DNA of 64,000 nucleotides from the human T2T-CHM13v2.0 reference genome, Homo sapiens: assembly GCF_009914755.1 (NCBI RefSeq), contig NC_060929.1; one strand, given 5' to 3'. The position numbers and the translations under genes are program-made. Under the pieces are notes generated by a model, which searched no databases, was not told where the DNA came from, and was given only the letters and a program-made list of their open reading frames with translations. Position 1 is the stretch's first letter, and each line of letters begins with the position of its first letter. This document shows positions 1-14,327 of this stretch, in pieces.

Positions 1-526
1 GACAATGGCATTCACATGCATATGAGGATCAGAGTCTCAGGAATAGTTAATAACAATGGAAAAAAAATTTATTTACCATATGGAATATAAACCTCTAATA
101 CAGTAAACAGTTGGAAAATGTTTATAAAGCTAGTTTTGCATAATATATCTATATCAATGTTCCTTGACTTACAATGGGGTTATGCACTGAAAAATCCATC
201 ATTAATTGAAAATATCTAAGTCTAAAATGCATTTAATACATCTAGCCTACCAAGCACTTTTGCTTAGTCTAAACTACCTTGACCATGCTCAGAACACTTA
301 CATTAGTCTATACTTGGGTAAAATCATCTAACGCAAAGTCTATTTTATAATAAAGTGTTGAATATCTCATGTCATTTATTGAATACTGTACCAAATGTGA
401 AAAACAGTTGTATGGGTACTCATCACTAATATACCCAGCTAAAAGCATACTGAGCCTGAAGAATATTTGAAGCACTGAACTAAAGTTAAATGTTGGATAA
501 TGAGGCTATTATAGTGACAGGGTCAT

Positions 527-880
527 TGATGTAGTTTGGCTGTGTCCCCACCCAAATCTCACCTTGAATCGTATTAATCCCCACATGTCAAGGATGGGGC
601 CAGTTGGAGATAATTGAATCATGGGGGTGGTTCCCCCATACCATTGTCATGATAGTGAATAAATCTTATGAGATCTGATGGTTTTATAAATGGGAGCTCC
701 CCTGCACAAATTATCTTGCCTTCCACCATGTAAGACATGACTTTGTACCTCCTTGCCTCACACCATGATTGTAAGGCATCCCTAGCCACATGGAACTGTG
801 AGTCAATTAAACCTCTTGTCTTTATAAATTACCCAGTCTTGAGTATTTTTTTATTAGCAGTGTGAGAACAGACTAATACA
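527..880 (+). mobile_element. THE1-family (ERVL-MaLR) solo LTR
   Basis: TG...CA termini ('tgatgtagtttggctgtgtccccacccaaatctc' to 'gactaataca') with a perfect 5-bp TSD GTCAT (522-526, 881-885). Confidence 0.92.
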
Positions 881-943
881 GTCATCAACTTCTGTCTCTT
901 CTGATGAGGCTCAAGAACAGCTGTTAGAAGGTACTGGGGCATG

Positions 944-1250
944 GGCTGAGCATGGTGGCTCACCCTTGTAATCCCAGCACTTTGGGAGGCCGAGGTGGGT
1001 GGATCACTTGAGGTCAGGAGTTTGAGACTAGCTGGCCAACATGGTGAAACCCCATCTCTACTAAAAATACAAAAAAATTAGCCAGGGGTGGTGGCACATG
1101 CCTGTAATCCCAGCTACTCGAGAAGCTGAGGCATGAAGAATCACTTGAACCCGGGAGGTGCAGGTTGCAGTGAGCCAAGATCATGCCACTGCACTCCAAC
1201 CTGGGTGACAGAGTTAGACTTTGTCTCAGAAAAAAAAAAAAAAAAGATAC
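944..1250 (+). mobile_element. AluS-type SINE
   Basis: Full dimer with middle A-linker and poly(A); TSD aag(g/a)tactggggcatg on both sides. Confidence 0.95.
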
Positions 1251-1884
1251 AAAGATACTGGGGCATGGATATTTGCTGGCTTAGCAAATCTAGGGTTCTT
1301 CAGGAAAATATAAAGTATCCATTGTTTTCCATCATAATTCTGAAAGAGACTGGGAGCTGTGGCTTGCTGCTGCTGCCCAGCATCAGGAGATAGCATCTTA
1401 CTGTGCATTGCTAGCCCGGGAAAATATCAGAATTTAAAATTTAAAGTACAATTTTTATTGAATGTGTATTGCTTTCCCAACATTTTAGTAGAAAAACTTT
1501 AAGTCAAAGAATTGTTAAGTCAAGAATCATCTGTATTTAAATTTAATATACTGTTCAACACTTAGTTACCCCTCTTGGTGATGTTTTACTACCAAATATT
1601 TTGAATCAAATTTCACAATTTATATTTCCCTAACTGATATCAAGCATATTTTAGGCATTGAATCTATTAAAATATCTTTTTAGAGATAAATAATTTAGAC
1701 ATTTAAATATAAGTGACCAGAAATATTATCTTTTCTTATAATTTGAAATATCAAATACTTGAGCATACATTTTTTAAATCACTTGGTCTTGATTATATCT
1801 TGGCAATTCTTCAAAATAATTGTGACTATAAATGCACTGGTAAGATGTAAAATGAATAATGTCATTATTTAAAAACTTAGTGGC

Positions 1885-1894
1885 CAAGATGGCC
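1885..1894 (+). promoter_or_regulatory. YY1 site at the L1 5' end (internal promoter)
   Basis: caagatggcc at the canonical position of the L1 5'UTR. Confidence 0.7.
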
Positions 1895-3182
1895 AAATAG
1901 GAACAGCTCCAATCTGCAGCTCCCAATGAGTCCAACTCAGAAGGCAGGTGATTTCCAACTGAGGTACCCAGTTCATCTCACTGGGACTTGTTAGTCAGTG
2001 GGTCCAAACCAAAGAGAGAGAGCAGAAGCAGGGGTGGGTATCACTTCACCTGGGAAGTACAAGGAGCCAGGGACTTCCTTTCCAAAGCCAAGGGAAGCCT
2101 TGAGGGACTGTGCTACCCGGCCGGGTTACTATGCTTTTTCCATCATTTTTGCCATCTGCAGATCAGGAGAATCCCTTGTGTGCCTACACCACAAGGGCCC
2201 TGGGTTTCAAGCACAAAACTGGGCCGCTATTTGGGCAGACACCAAGCTAGCTGCAGAAGTATTTTTTTGTGCCCCTGTGGCACCTGGAACCTCAGTGAGA
2301 CAAAACCGTTCACTTCCCTGGAAAGGTGGCTGAAGCCATAGAACCAAGTGATCTCACTCAATGAGTCCCACTCCCACAGAGCCCAGCAAGCTAAGAACCA
2401 CTGACTTGAAATTCTTACTGCCAGCACAGCAGTGTGAAGTCGACCTGGGATGATCAAGCTTGGTGGGGTGAGGGGCGTCTGCCATTACTGAGGCTTTAGT
2501 AGGTGATTTTCCCCTTACAGTGCTAAGGAGGCTGGGAGGTATGAGCTGGGTGCAGCAAAGTGGCTGTGGCCAGCCTGCTTCTCTAGATTCCTCCTCAGTG
2601 GGCAGGGCATCTCTGAAGGAAAGGTAACAGCCCCAGTCAGGGCCTTATAGAAAAAAACCCCATCTTCCTGGAACAGAGCACCTGGGGGAAGGGGCAGTTG
2701 TGGGCTCAGCTTCACCGGATTTAATTATTCCTCCCTGCTGGCTCTGAAGAGAGCAGCTGATCCTGACAGGAGGGATTCTCCCATCACAGTGTACCAGCTC
2801 TAAGGAACAGACTGCCTCCTCAGCTGGGTCCCTGACACCCATGCCACCTGACTGGGTGAAACCTCCCAACAGGGGTCGACAGAGACCTCATACGGGAGAG
2901 CTCTGGCTGGCATCTGGCAGGTGCCCCTCTGGGATGAAGCTTACAAAGGAAGGAGCAGGCAGCAATCCTTGCTGTTCTGTAGCCTCCGTTGGTGACACCC
3001 AGGTGAACAGGGTCTGGAGTGGACTTCCAGCAAACTGCAGCAGACCTGCAGAAGAAGGACCTGACTGTTAGAAGAAAAACTAACAAACAGAAAGCATCAA
3101 CATCAACATCAACATAAAGGACTCCCACACAAAAACCCTGTCCAAAGGTTGTCAGCCTCAAAGATCAAAGGTAGATAAATCC

Positions 3183-4199
3183 ATGAGGACGAGGAAAAAC
3201 CAATACAAAAATGCTGAAAACTACAAAAGCCAGAATGCTTCTTCTCCAAATGATCGCAACTCCTCTCCAGCAAGGGCACAAAACTGGGCAGAGAATGAGA
3301 TGACAAATTGACAGAAGTAGGGTTCAGAAGGTGGGTAATAACAAACTCCACGAGATAAAGGAGCATGTTCCAACCCAATGCAAGGAAGCTAAGAACCTTG
3401 ATAAAAGGTTACAGGAACTGCTAACCAGAATAACTAGTTTAGAGAGGAACATAAATGACCTGATGGAGCTGAAAAACACAGCACCAGAACTTCATGAAGC
3501 ATACACAAGTGTCAATAGCCAAATCAATCAAGTTGAAGAAAGGATATCAGAGATTGAAGATCAACTTAATGAAATAAGGCATGAAGACAAGATTAGAGAA
3601 AAAAATAATGGAAAGGAACAAACAAAGCCTCCAAGAAAGATAGGACTATATGAAAAGATCAAACCTATGACTGATTGGTGTACCTGAAAGTGACAGGGAG
3701 AAGCTGGAAAACAAATTTCAGGATATTATCCAGGAGAACTTCCCCAACCTAGAAAGATAAGCCAACATTCAGATTCAATAAATGCAGAGAACACCACAAA
3801 GATACTCCTCGAGAAGAGCAACCCCAAGACACATAATCATCAGATTCTCCAAGGCTGAAACAAAGAAAAAAATACTAAGGGCAGCCAGAGAGAAATGTCA
3901 GGTTATCCACAAAGGGAAGCTCATCTGACTAACAGTGGCTCTCTGAAGAAACCCTACAAGCCAGAAGAGAGTGGGGGCCAATATTCAACATTCTTAAAGA
4001 AAAGAATTTTCAAGCCAAAATTTCATATCCAACCAAACTAAGCTTCATAAACAAAGGAGAAATAAAATTCTTTCCATACAAGCAAATGCTGAGATATTTT
4101 GTCACCACCAGGCCTGCCTTACAAGAGCTCCTGAAGGAAGATCTAAATATGGAAAGGAAAAACTGATGCCAGCCACTGAAAAAACATACCAAAATATAA
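3183..4199 (+). pseudogene. L1 ORF1p remnant (frameshifted)
   Basis: ORF 3331-3687 encodes the ORF1 coiled coil (ELLTRITSLERNINDLMELKNTA...EERISEIEDQLNEI). Confidence 0.9.
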
Positions 4200-4301
4200 A
4201 GACCAATGACACTATGAAGAAACTGCATCAACTAATGTACAAAATAACCAGCTAGCATCATGATGACAGGATCAAATTCACACATAACAAGATTAACCTT
4301 A

Positions 4302-4592
4302 GGCCAGGCCCTGTGGCTCACGCCTGTAGTCCCAGCACTGGGGCGAGGTGGGTGGATCACTAAGTCAGGAATTCGAGACCAGCCTGGCCAACATGGCAAA
4401 ACCCCATCTCTACAAAAAATACAAAAATTAGCTGGGCTTGGGCTGGGCATGTGTAATCCTAGCTACTCAGGAGGCTGAGGCAGGAGAATTGCTTGAATCC
4501 GGGAGGTGCGGGTTGCAGTGAACCCGAGATTGTGCCACTGTGCTCCAGCCTGGGCAACAAAGCAAGACTCCAGCTCAAAAAAAGAAAAAAAA
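4302..4592 (+). mobile_element. AluS inserted near the start of L1 ORF2
   Basis: Alu dimer with poly(A); TSD attaacctta. Confidence 0.95.
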
Positions 4593-6018
4593 ATTAACCT
4601 TAATTGTAAATAGGCTAAATGCTCCCAAATAAAAGACACAGACTGGAAAATTGGTTAGAGAGTTGAGACCCACTGGTCTGCTATATTCAGGAGACCCATC
4701 TCACATGCAAAGACACACAGGCTCAAAATAAAGGGAGAGAAGAATATTTACCAAGCAAATGGAAAGCAAAAAAAAAGCAAGGGTTGCAATCCTAGTCTCT
4801 TATATAACAGAATTTAAACCAAAAATGATCAAAAAAGACAAAGAAGGGTATTACATAATGGTAAAGGGATCAATACAACAAGAAGAGCTAACTATTCTAA
4901 ATGTATATGCACCCAATACAGGACCACCCAGCTTCATAAAACAAGTTCTTAGATACCTACCAAGAGACTTAGTCTTTCACAAAATAATAGTGGGAGACTT
5001 TAACACCCAATGTCAATTTTAGACAGATAAACAAGACAGAAAATTAACAAGGATGTTTAGGACTTGAACTCAGCTCTGGATCAAGTGGATCTAATAAACA
5101 TCTACAGAACTACTCTCCACCCCAAATCAACAGAATATATATTCTTCTCAGTGCCATATAGCACATATTCTAAAATTGACCACGTAATTGGAAGTAAAAC
5201 ACTCCTCAGCAAATGCAAAAGAATGGCAGTCATAACTAATAGTCTCTCAGACCACAGTGCAAACAAATTAAAACTCAGGATTAAGAAACTCACTCAAAAC
5301 CACACAACTACGTGGAAATTTAACAATCTGCTCCTGAATGACTACTGGGTAAATAACAAAATTAAGGCAAAAATAAATAAGTTATTTGAAACCAATGAGA
5401 ACAAAGACAAAACGTACCAGAATCTCTGGGACACAGCTAAAGCAGTATTAAGAGGGACATTTATAGCACTGAATGACCACAAAAGAAAGCTAGAAAGACC
5501 TAAAATTGACACACTAACATCACAATTAAAAGAACTAGAGAAGCAATAGCAAACAAATTCAAAAGCTAGCAGAAGACAAGAAATAACTAAGATCAGAGAA
5601 GAACTGAAGGATATAGAGACATGAAAAACCCTTCCAAAAAAAAAAAATCAATGACTCCAGGAAGTGCTTTTTTTTTGAAAAGATTAACAAAATAGATGGA
5701 CCACTAGCCAGACTAATAAAGAATAAAAGAGAAAAGAATCAAATAGACATAATAAAAGATGATAAAGAGGTTATCACCACCAATCCCACAGAAATACAAA
5801 CTACCCCATCAGAGAATACTATAAAAACCTCTACACAAATGAACTAGAAAAACTAGAAGAAATGGATAAATTCCTGGACACATACACCCTCCCAAGACTA
5901 AACCAGGAAGGAGTCAAATCCCTAAATAGACCAATAACAAGTTCTGAAACTGGGGCAGTAATTAATAGCCTACCAACCAAAAAGAGCTCAGGACCAGAGA
6001 GATTCACGGCCAAATTCT

Positions 6019-6285
6019 TTTTTTTTTTAATTTCTTTTTTTTAATTATACTTTAAGTTTTAGGGTACATGTGCACAACGTGCAGGTTTGTTACATATGTA
6101 TACATGTGCCATGTTGGTGTGCTGCACCCATTAACTCATCATTTAACATTAGGTATATCTCCTAATGCTATCCCTCCCCCCTCACCCCACCCCACAACAG
6201 GCCCCGGTGTGAGATGTTCCCCATCCTGTGTCCATGTGTTCTCATTGTTCAATTCCCACCTATGGGTGAGAACATGCGGTGTTTG
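6019..6285 (-). mobile_element. 5'-truncated younger L1 3' end (L1PA3/4-like), antisense inside L1 ORF2
   Basis: Poly(T) followed by 'attatactttaagttttagggtacatgtgcacaacgtgcagg'; TSD aattct; host ORF2 resumes at 'taccagaggtac'. Confidence 0.92.
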
Positions 6286-9200
6286 AATTCTACCAGAGGT
6301 ACAAAGAGGAGCTGGTACCATTCCTTCTGAAACTATCCCAAACAATAGAAAAAGAGGGACTCCTCCCTAACTCATTTTATGAGGCAGCATCATCCTGATA
6401 CCAAAATCTGACAGAGATGCAACAAAAAAAGAAAATTTCAGTCCAATATCCCTGGTAAACATCGATCAAAAATCCTTAATAAAAGACTGGCAAACCAAAT
6501 CTAGCAGCATATTAAAAAGCTTACACATCATGATCAAGTCGACTTTGTCCCTGGGATGCAAGGCTGGTTCAACATACGCAAATCAGTAAATATAATCCAA
6601 CACATAAAGAGAACCAATGACAAAAAACCATATGATTATCTCAATAGATGCAGAAACAGCCTTCAATATAATTCAACACCCCTTCATGCTAAAAACTCTC
6701 AATAAACTAGGTATTGATTAAACATATCTCAAAATAATAAGAGCTATTTATGACAAACCTATAGCCAATACCATACTGAATGGGCAAAAGCTGGAAGCAT
6801 TCCTTTTGAAAACTGGCACCAGACAAGTATGCCCTCTGTCACCACTCTTATTCAACAGAGTATTGGAAGTTCTGGCCAGGGCAAACAGGCAAGAGAAAGA
6901 AATAAAGGGTATTCAAATAGGAAGACAGGAAGTGAAATTGTCTCTGTTTGCAGATGACATGAATGTGTACTTAGAAAAACCCATCGTTTCAGCCCAAAAT
7001 CTCCTTAAGCTGATAAGTAACTTCAGCAAAGTCTCAGGATACAAAATCAGTGTGCAGAAATCACAAGCATTCCTATACACCAATAATAGACAAGCAGAAA
7101 GCCAATAACTGCTGTAAGGACAGTAAAATACCTAGGAATCCAACTTACAATGGATGTGAAGGACCTCTTCAAGGAGAACTACAAACCACTGCTCAAGGAA
7201 ATAAGAGAGGACAAAAACAAATGGAAAAACATTCCATGCTCATGGATAGGAAAAATCAATATCGTGAAAATGGCCAAACTGTCCAAAGTAATTTATAGAT
7301 TCAACTGTATTCTCATTAAGCTGCCAGTGACTTCCTTTGCAAAATTAGAAAAAACTACTTTAAATTTCAAATGGAACCAAAAAAGAGCCTGTATAGCCAA
7401 GACAATCCTAAGCAAAAAGAACAAAGCTGCAGGCATCATCCTACCTGACTTCAAACAATATTACAAGGCTACAGTAACCAAAACAGCATGGTACTAGTAC
7501 CAAAACAGATATATAGATCAATGGAACATGACAGAGACCTCAGAAACAACACCACACATCTATATCCATCTGACAAAAACAAGCAATGAGAATTCCCTAT
7601 TTAATAAATTTTGTGGGGAATACTGGCTAGCCATATGCAGAAAAGAGAAACTGGACCACTCCCTTACACCTTATACAACAATTAACTCAAGATAGATTAG
7701 AGATTTAAACGCAAAACTCAAAATCATAAAAACCCTAGAAGAAAACCTAGGCAGTATCATTCAGGACATAGGCATGGGCAAAGACTTCATGACTAAAACA
7801 CCAAAAGCAATTGCAACAAAAGCCAAAATTCACAAATGGGATCTAGCCAAACTAATGAACTTCTGCACAGCAAAAGAAACTATTATCAGAGTGAAGAGGC
7901 AACCTACAGAATGGGAGAAAATTTTTGCAAGCTGCCCATCTGACAAAGGCCTAATATCCAGAATCTACAAGGAACTTAAATTTACAAGAAAAAAAACAAA
8001 CAACCCCATCAAAAAGTGGGCAAAGGATATGAAAAGACACTTCTCAAAATAAGACGTTTATGCAGCCAACAAACATATGCAAAATGCTCATTATCACTGG
8101 TCATTAGAGAAATGCAAATCAAAACCACAATGCGATATTTTCTCATGCCAGTTAGAATGGTGATTATTAAAATGTCAGGAAAGAACAGATGCTGGTGAAG
8201 CTGTGGAGAAATAGGAATGCTTTACACTGTAAATTAGTTCAACCATTGTGGAAGACAGTGTGGCAATTCCTCAAGGATCTAGAACCAGAAATACCATTTG
8301 ATCCAGCAATCCCATTACTGGGCATATACCCAAAGGATAATAAATCATTCTACTATAAAGACGCATGCAGATGTATGATTATTGCAGCACTATTTATAAT
8401 AGTAAAGACTTCGAATCAACCCAAATGCCCATCAATGATAGACTGGATAAAGAAAATGTGGCACATATACACCAGGAATACTATGCAGCCATAAAAAACA
8501 TAAGTTCATGTCCTTTGCAGGGACACGGATGAAACTGGAAGCCATCATTCTCAACAAACTACACAGGAAAAACCAAACACCGCATGTTCTCACTAGTATG
8601 TGGGAGTTGAATGATGAACACATGGACATAGGGAAGGGAACATCACACACCAGGACCTGTCTTGGGTAGGGCGAGCATTAGGACAAATACCGAATGCATG
8701 TGGGGCTTAAAATGTAGATGTTGGGTTGACAGGCGCAGCAAACCACCATGGCACATGTATGCCTACGTAACAAACCTGCACATTCTGCACATGTACCCCA
8801 AAACTTAAAATAAAATAAAATAAAACTTATTGAGATCTGAGTTTTTAACATGATGTCACATGTACTACTCTTTTTATATAATTTAAAAATATATTTCCTG
8901 TACATGAATAAAATGATTAAAACATAGTATAGCTTTATTAAATTAAAAAAAAACTAGGCCTTAAAGTTTTATTTTGTTGTTATTCAACCATATGTTTGCC
9001 AAAAAAAAAAAAAAACTAAGGTTCTTATGTTTCAGTGTCTCAAATAATTGTTTCTAAATTTTATAAATATTTCTTGGCTCGTTACTTCTGGAAATAGATA
9101 AAACCACATGTCACTTAATATATCCCTGAAAGCCATTCATTGGATTTTATATGTTGGAGAATCAGGGACGAATTCTAAAATGATAATTTACTTTAAGCTG

Positions 9201-9338
9201 TCTGCTGTATTTCACATATTATATAAGCGATTATAAAGGAGGAAATTGAGCTGGCTGCAATAATTTAAGCAGTCTACCTATTTGTCACGATCATAATAAT
9301 CTTGCTTTGAATAGAGATGTGCTTCTGCATCTCATGCC

Positions 9339-9645
9339 TATTTATTATTTATTTTGAGACAGGGTCTCAATCTCTTGCCCATGCTAGAGTACAGTGGTGT
9401 TACCATAACTCACTGCAACCTTGAATTTCTGGGCTGAAACCAACCTCCTCCCTCAGCCTTTAGAGTGGCCGGGACTACAGCACACACCACCACGCCCCAT
9501 TTCTTTTTTTTTTTCTTTTTTTTTGGTAGAGATGGGAGTCATTGTATTTTGGCCAGGCTGGTCTGCAAGTCCTAGGTTCAAGCAATCCTCCTGCTTTGGC
9601 CTCCCAAAGTGTTGAAATTACAGGCATGAACCACCACACTCAGCC
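9339..9645 (-). mobile_element. AluJ-type SINE
   Basis: Diverged Alu dimer ('gagacagggtctc...ccaccacactcagcc'). Confidence 0.9.
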
Positions 9646-9899
9646 CACTCATGGATAAGTGAAGCAAATCACTTAGCTTTATTCAGTAACTTTTCAATTC
9701 TTGAATCTGGGCCACAACCACATTTTGGGGGACAAGATGCCTACATCTTTTGAGGGCCATTATTCTGTAATACATATTCCAAGGTATATGAAGAAAATAT
9801 ATGTGAGAATAAAATGTGTCTATATGAAAGTGCAAAGATTTATTAACTATCTCTCAATTTTTTTTTCTTTTATTCTTTATAACATTCACTACAAACTTA

Positions 9900-11563
9900 T
9901 TTTTTAACTTTTATTTTAGATTCAGGGGTGCATGTGAATGTTTGTTTTACATGTGAATTGCATGTCATGGGGGTTTGGTGTACAAATTATATTGTCACCC
10001 AGGTATTAAACATAGTACCCAATAAGTAGTTTTCTGATCCTCATCTGACTTCCACTCTCCATTCTCAAGTATGCCCCAGTGTTTGTTTTTGCTTTATGTT
10101 CATATGTACTCAATGCTTAGCTCCCACTTATAAGCAATTACATGTGGTATTTGGTTTTCTGTTCCTTTGTTAGTTCCCTTGAGATAATGGTCTCTAGTTT
10201 CATCCATGTTGCTGCAAGGAAGGTGATCGTATTATTTTTTATGGCTGTGTAATATTTCATGGTAAAATACGTAACACTTTTTATCCTCTTTACTTTTTAT
10301 GGACATTTAGGTTGATTTCATATCTTTAATATTGTGAATATAGATGTGAAGAACATAAATGTGCATGTGTTTTTATGGTAAACAATTTATATTACTTTGA
10401 GTATATACACTATGATGGAATTGCTGGGTCGAATCACAATTCTGCTTCAAGTTCTTCGACAAATTTTCAAACTGTTTTCTACAATGGTTGAACATACAAT
10501 GGTTACATTGCCACCAGCAGTGTATAGCCTTCTCTTTTCTCTGCAATCTGCTAGCATCTGTTATTTTTTCACTTTTTAAAAATAACCATTCTGACTAATG
10601 TGTGATGGTATTTCATGGTGGTTTTGATTTACATTTCTCTAATGATTAGTGATGTTAAGCATTTTCTCATATGCTTGTTGGTTGTGTGTATGCTTTCTTT
10701 TGAAAAGTGTCTGCTCCTGTCTTTTACCCACTTTTTAATGTTTTTTTTCTTGTTGATTTAAGTTTCTTATAGATTCTGCATATTAGACCTTTGTTGGATG
10801 CAGAGTTTCCAAAAATTTTCTTCCATTCTTTAGGTTGTCTGTTTACTCTGTTGATAGTTTCTTTTGCTGCATAGAGCTGTTTAGATTAATTAGGTTCTAT
10901 TTGTCAATTTTTGTTTCTGTTGCAATGGCTTTTGGCAACTTTGTCATGAAATCTTTGTCAGATCCTATGTCCGGAAAGGTATTTCCTGGGTTATCTTCCA
11001 GGATTTTTATGGTTTTTGGTTTTACATTTAAGACTTTAATCCATCTAAAGTTGATTTTTGTGTATGGTGTGAGAAAGGGGTCCAGTTTCAGTCTTCTGAA
11101 TATAGCTAGCCAGTTATCTCGGCACCATTTCTTGAGCAGGGAGTCCTATCCTCACTGTTTGTTTTTGTTGACTTTTTCAGAGATCAGATGGTTGTAGGTG
11201 TGCAGCTGTATTTCTGGGCTGTCTATTCTGTTCCATTGGTGTATGTGTGTGTTTTTGTACCAGTACCATGCTGCTTTGGTTACTGTAGCATTACAGTATA
11301 ATGCTATCAAGTAATGTGGTGCCTCCAGGTTTGTTTGTTTTACTTAGGATTGCCTTGTCTATTTGGGCCCTTTTTGGTTCCATATGAATTTAAAAAATGT
11401 TTTTTCTAATTCTGTGGAGAATGTCATTGGTAGTTTGATAGGAATAGCATTGAATCTGTAAATTGCTTTGGGCAATATGGCCATTTTAATAATAAGAATA
11501 TTTCCTATCCATAGGCATGGAATGGTTTTCCATTTGTTTGCATTATCTCTGATTTATTTGAGC
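9900..11563 (-). mobile_element. 5'-truncated older L1 (L1PA15/16 or L1PB-like) 3' portion
   Basis: 3'UTR 'ttttagattcaggggtgcatgtg' and antisense ORF2 C-terminus; degenerate TSD attcact(a/g)caa. Confidence 0.85.
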
Positions 11564-11569
11564 AATTCA

Positions 11570-12050
11570 CTGCAATCTTTATCTCCCACAGTTAATCATA
11601 TCTGCTCTTTTCAGTGTCACTAATAACTTCCAAGTATGTCAGTCCAACAGCATATTTTTGTATTCATCTAACGTCAAATCAGTAGCATTTGACCTATATG
11701 ATTTTTTTCCTTCAGAAATACTTCCCATCCTTGCTTCCAGGACACCACACACTCTTAATTCTTCTGTTTTACAGGTTGGTCCTTATTAATGCCCTTTGTT
11801 AGTTTCTCTTGATTTCCCAATCTGTTACTTTTGTAGCATTGCAAGGCTCAGTATTCAATGTTTGCTTTCTCTTTTTATACTCATTTCCTTGATGATCATC
11901 CACTACCAGAGTTTGAATACCATCTACATTCAGATCACAATAAAACGCACATCTGTACCTTAGTCTATAGTCCTAAATTCCCAACTATCTACTCAACCTA
12001 CCCATTTGAATATTCATTATGAACTTCACATGTTCAAATGTAGCAACTGA
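11570..12050 (+). mobile_element. L2 fragment
   Basis: L2-like motifs 'cttgcttccaggacaccacacactct' and 'ctactcaacctacccatttgaata'. Confidence 0.55.
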
Positions 12051-12412
12051 AACTATAGAAACTTCACCATAGAGTGGGAAACTCTAAAAAATGAACCAGT
12101 TCTTCAAGGATGAAGGAAACAAATATCAAAATGTTCAGCTTTGAGTAAGTGGTTTTCCAGATGAAGAGAGGAAGAAAAAATACTTGAAAATTGGTGGCTG
12201 GCATGAAACATTTTCAAATATGATGGAAAGTTCAAGAAAATCTAAAAGAAGGAGTAGGTAGGAGTGCAGACATATTACATTGGGAGGGAGTAAGTGGAGG
12301 GATGAGAATTACTGTTAATTTCTTATCAGAAACAATGTGAGCCAGAAATTGGAATAAAATTTAAAGTGCTGAGGGAAAAGAAGGAGTTGTCTGTCAATTA
12401 CAAGAAGAAAGA

Positions 12413-12766
<354 letters not shown>

Positions 12767-13974
12767 TCAAACTGGGAAAAATAGTTCTAGACTAAAATTG
12801 GAGCGACAAAAGAAAAGGCAAACAGCAAAATGTTGAATAAACTGTATTCAGCATCCTATCATGCACTAATGACAGAGCTAGTGGAGACCTCACACTCTGA
12901 CTTTTTTCTAATAATTACTGCCTAGTGGCTTCACTATATTGCACTAATAATGTATATTTCCTGGCAAGTGAAAGTGTACAGCATGTGAAAAAAAAATATT
13001 ATTAATTAAATCAAGTATTAATCACATGATTGAATAATGTGGTTATTAATGAATAATTATCAATTCAGGAAGCTTAATATTGATTTACTTAATTTTTATT
13101 TGTTTCAGACTTAGAATAAAATCCGACCATAATCTTATACCATTTTCAAAACTAAAATAATTGACTTTGCATACTCTGTTTTTTCCAAAGATTTTTCAAT
13201 AGGTTTTATAATGTATTTTCTATTCCAGAATTTTCTGATTAAATAAGTTGTGCTTATGATCATGTGCATCCCTGGTATTTTGTAAGATAGATACAAGTAG
13301 TATCTTAAATGAAAGAGAAAAATCTCTATTTTTTTCTGATAGCTTTTGTTGCCACTTACAACCAGACATTCCTGACAAGCGACGGAATTAAGAGAAATGT
13401 AATTACCAAATAATATTACATCGATGTATTCACTTATATGTTTATATATTCATTGACTCAGCAAACATGTAAAATGTCGTTGCAACAATTCCCCTGTTAA
13501 ATTATGAGTAAAGTATATGAGATTTGTTTTCATTTCATTTGGAAATATGTCATGTACTATAAAGTAAATGATAAATGTATAGGTATTGTTATTATTAAGG
13601 ATTAACTAAACAGATCATTTCAATTCGTCTCTTGTATTACAGTTGGGTGGTATTGCCTTAAGAGAGTTCAAAGTCACTTCACAAGTAGTAAAATGAAAAT
13701 ATTATTAACCTATGGAATTATATGTTGACAGTTATATGTCTAAGCACATTAAATAGTTTACTCATTCTTTTCTGGCTTCTAATGTGGTTGACAAATACAG
13801 ACTGCTGCTGTCAGCATTCTTATTGTTTATTTATAGGTATTCTGTCTATCATTTGATCTTAAAATTGTTCCTTTAGCTTTAATATTCTGCAATTACTAAA
13901 ACCCGTCTAGTTTTACTTGACTCAGTGAAATTCCCAAACATAACATTGTATTATTTGTTTAATTGTGAAAATTC

Positions 13975-14327
13975 TTTTTTTTTTTAATTATACTTTAAGT
14001 TTTAGGGTACATGTGCACATTGTGCAGGTTAGTTACATATGTATACATGTGCCATGCTGGTGCGCTGCACCCACTAACGCGTCATCTAGCATTAGGTATA
14101 TCTCCCAATGCTATCCCTCCCCCCTCCCCCCACCCCACCACAGTCCCCAGAGTGTGATATTCCCCTTCCTGTGTCCATGTGATCTCATTGTTCAATTCCC
14201 AACTATGAGTGAGAATATGCGGTGTTTGGTTTTTTGTTCTTGCGATAGTTTACTGAGAATCATGGTTTCCAATTTCATCCATGTCCCTACAAAGGACATG
14301 AACTCATCATTTTTTATGGCTGCATAG
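13975..14327 (-). mobile_element. Very young 5'-truncated L1 (L1HS/L1PA2 boundary type)
   Basis: Near-perfect match to the recalled L1HS 3'UTR (cacattgtgcaggttagttac, gtgatattcccc, gatctcattg, gagaatatgcgg), with CpGs retained. Confidence 0.92.

Larger units (their letters stand above)
154..1533 (+). mobile_element. Tigger5/MER47-family TcMar DNA transposon fossil, interrupted by a THE1 LTR and an Alu
   Basis: Start 'tcaatgttccttgacttacaatggggtta' and 'aaatgcatttaatacatctagcctacc...cagaacacttacattag' resemble the MER47 5' end. It ends 'aagtcaagaatcatctg' and is flanked by TA on both sides. Confidence 0.75.
4263..8610 (+). pseudogene. L1 ORF2p remnant (endonuclease/RT), broken by stops, frameshifts and two insertions
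   Basis: MTGSNSHIT start, endonuclease 'IIVGDFNT' and 'SDHSA', RT 'LFADDM', C-terminal 'KKMWHIYT' in separate ORF fragments. Confidence 0.92.
1880..8821 (+). mobile_element. Near-full-length LINE-1 (L1PA7/L1PA8-like), inactive
   Basis: 5'UTR start 'ggccaagatggccaaataggaacagctcc', ORF1 and ORF2 remnants in the ORF track, 3'UTR and (taaaa)n tail; TSD-like aaaactta at both ends. Confidence 0.95.

Noticed and set aside
1014-1393. Short ORFs overlapping Alus (also 17659, 20240, 24905, 39248, 41398)
   Set aside because: Typical Alu-derived translations with no independent coding evidence.
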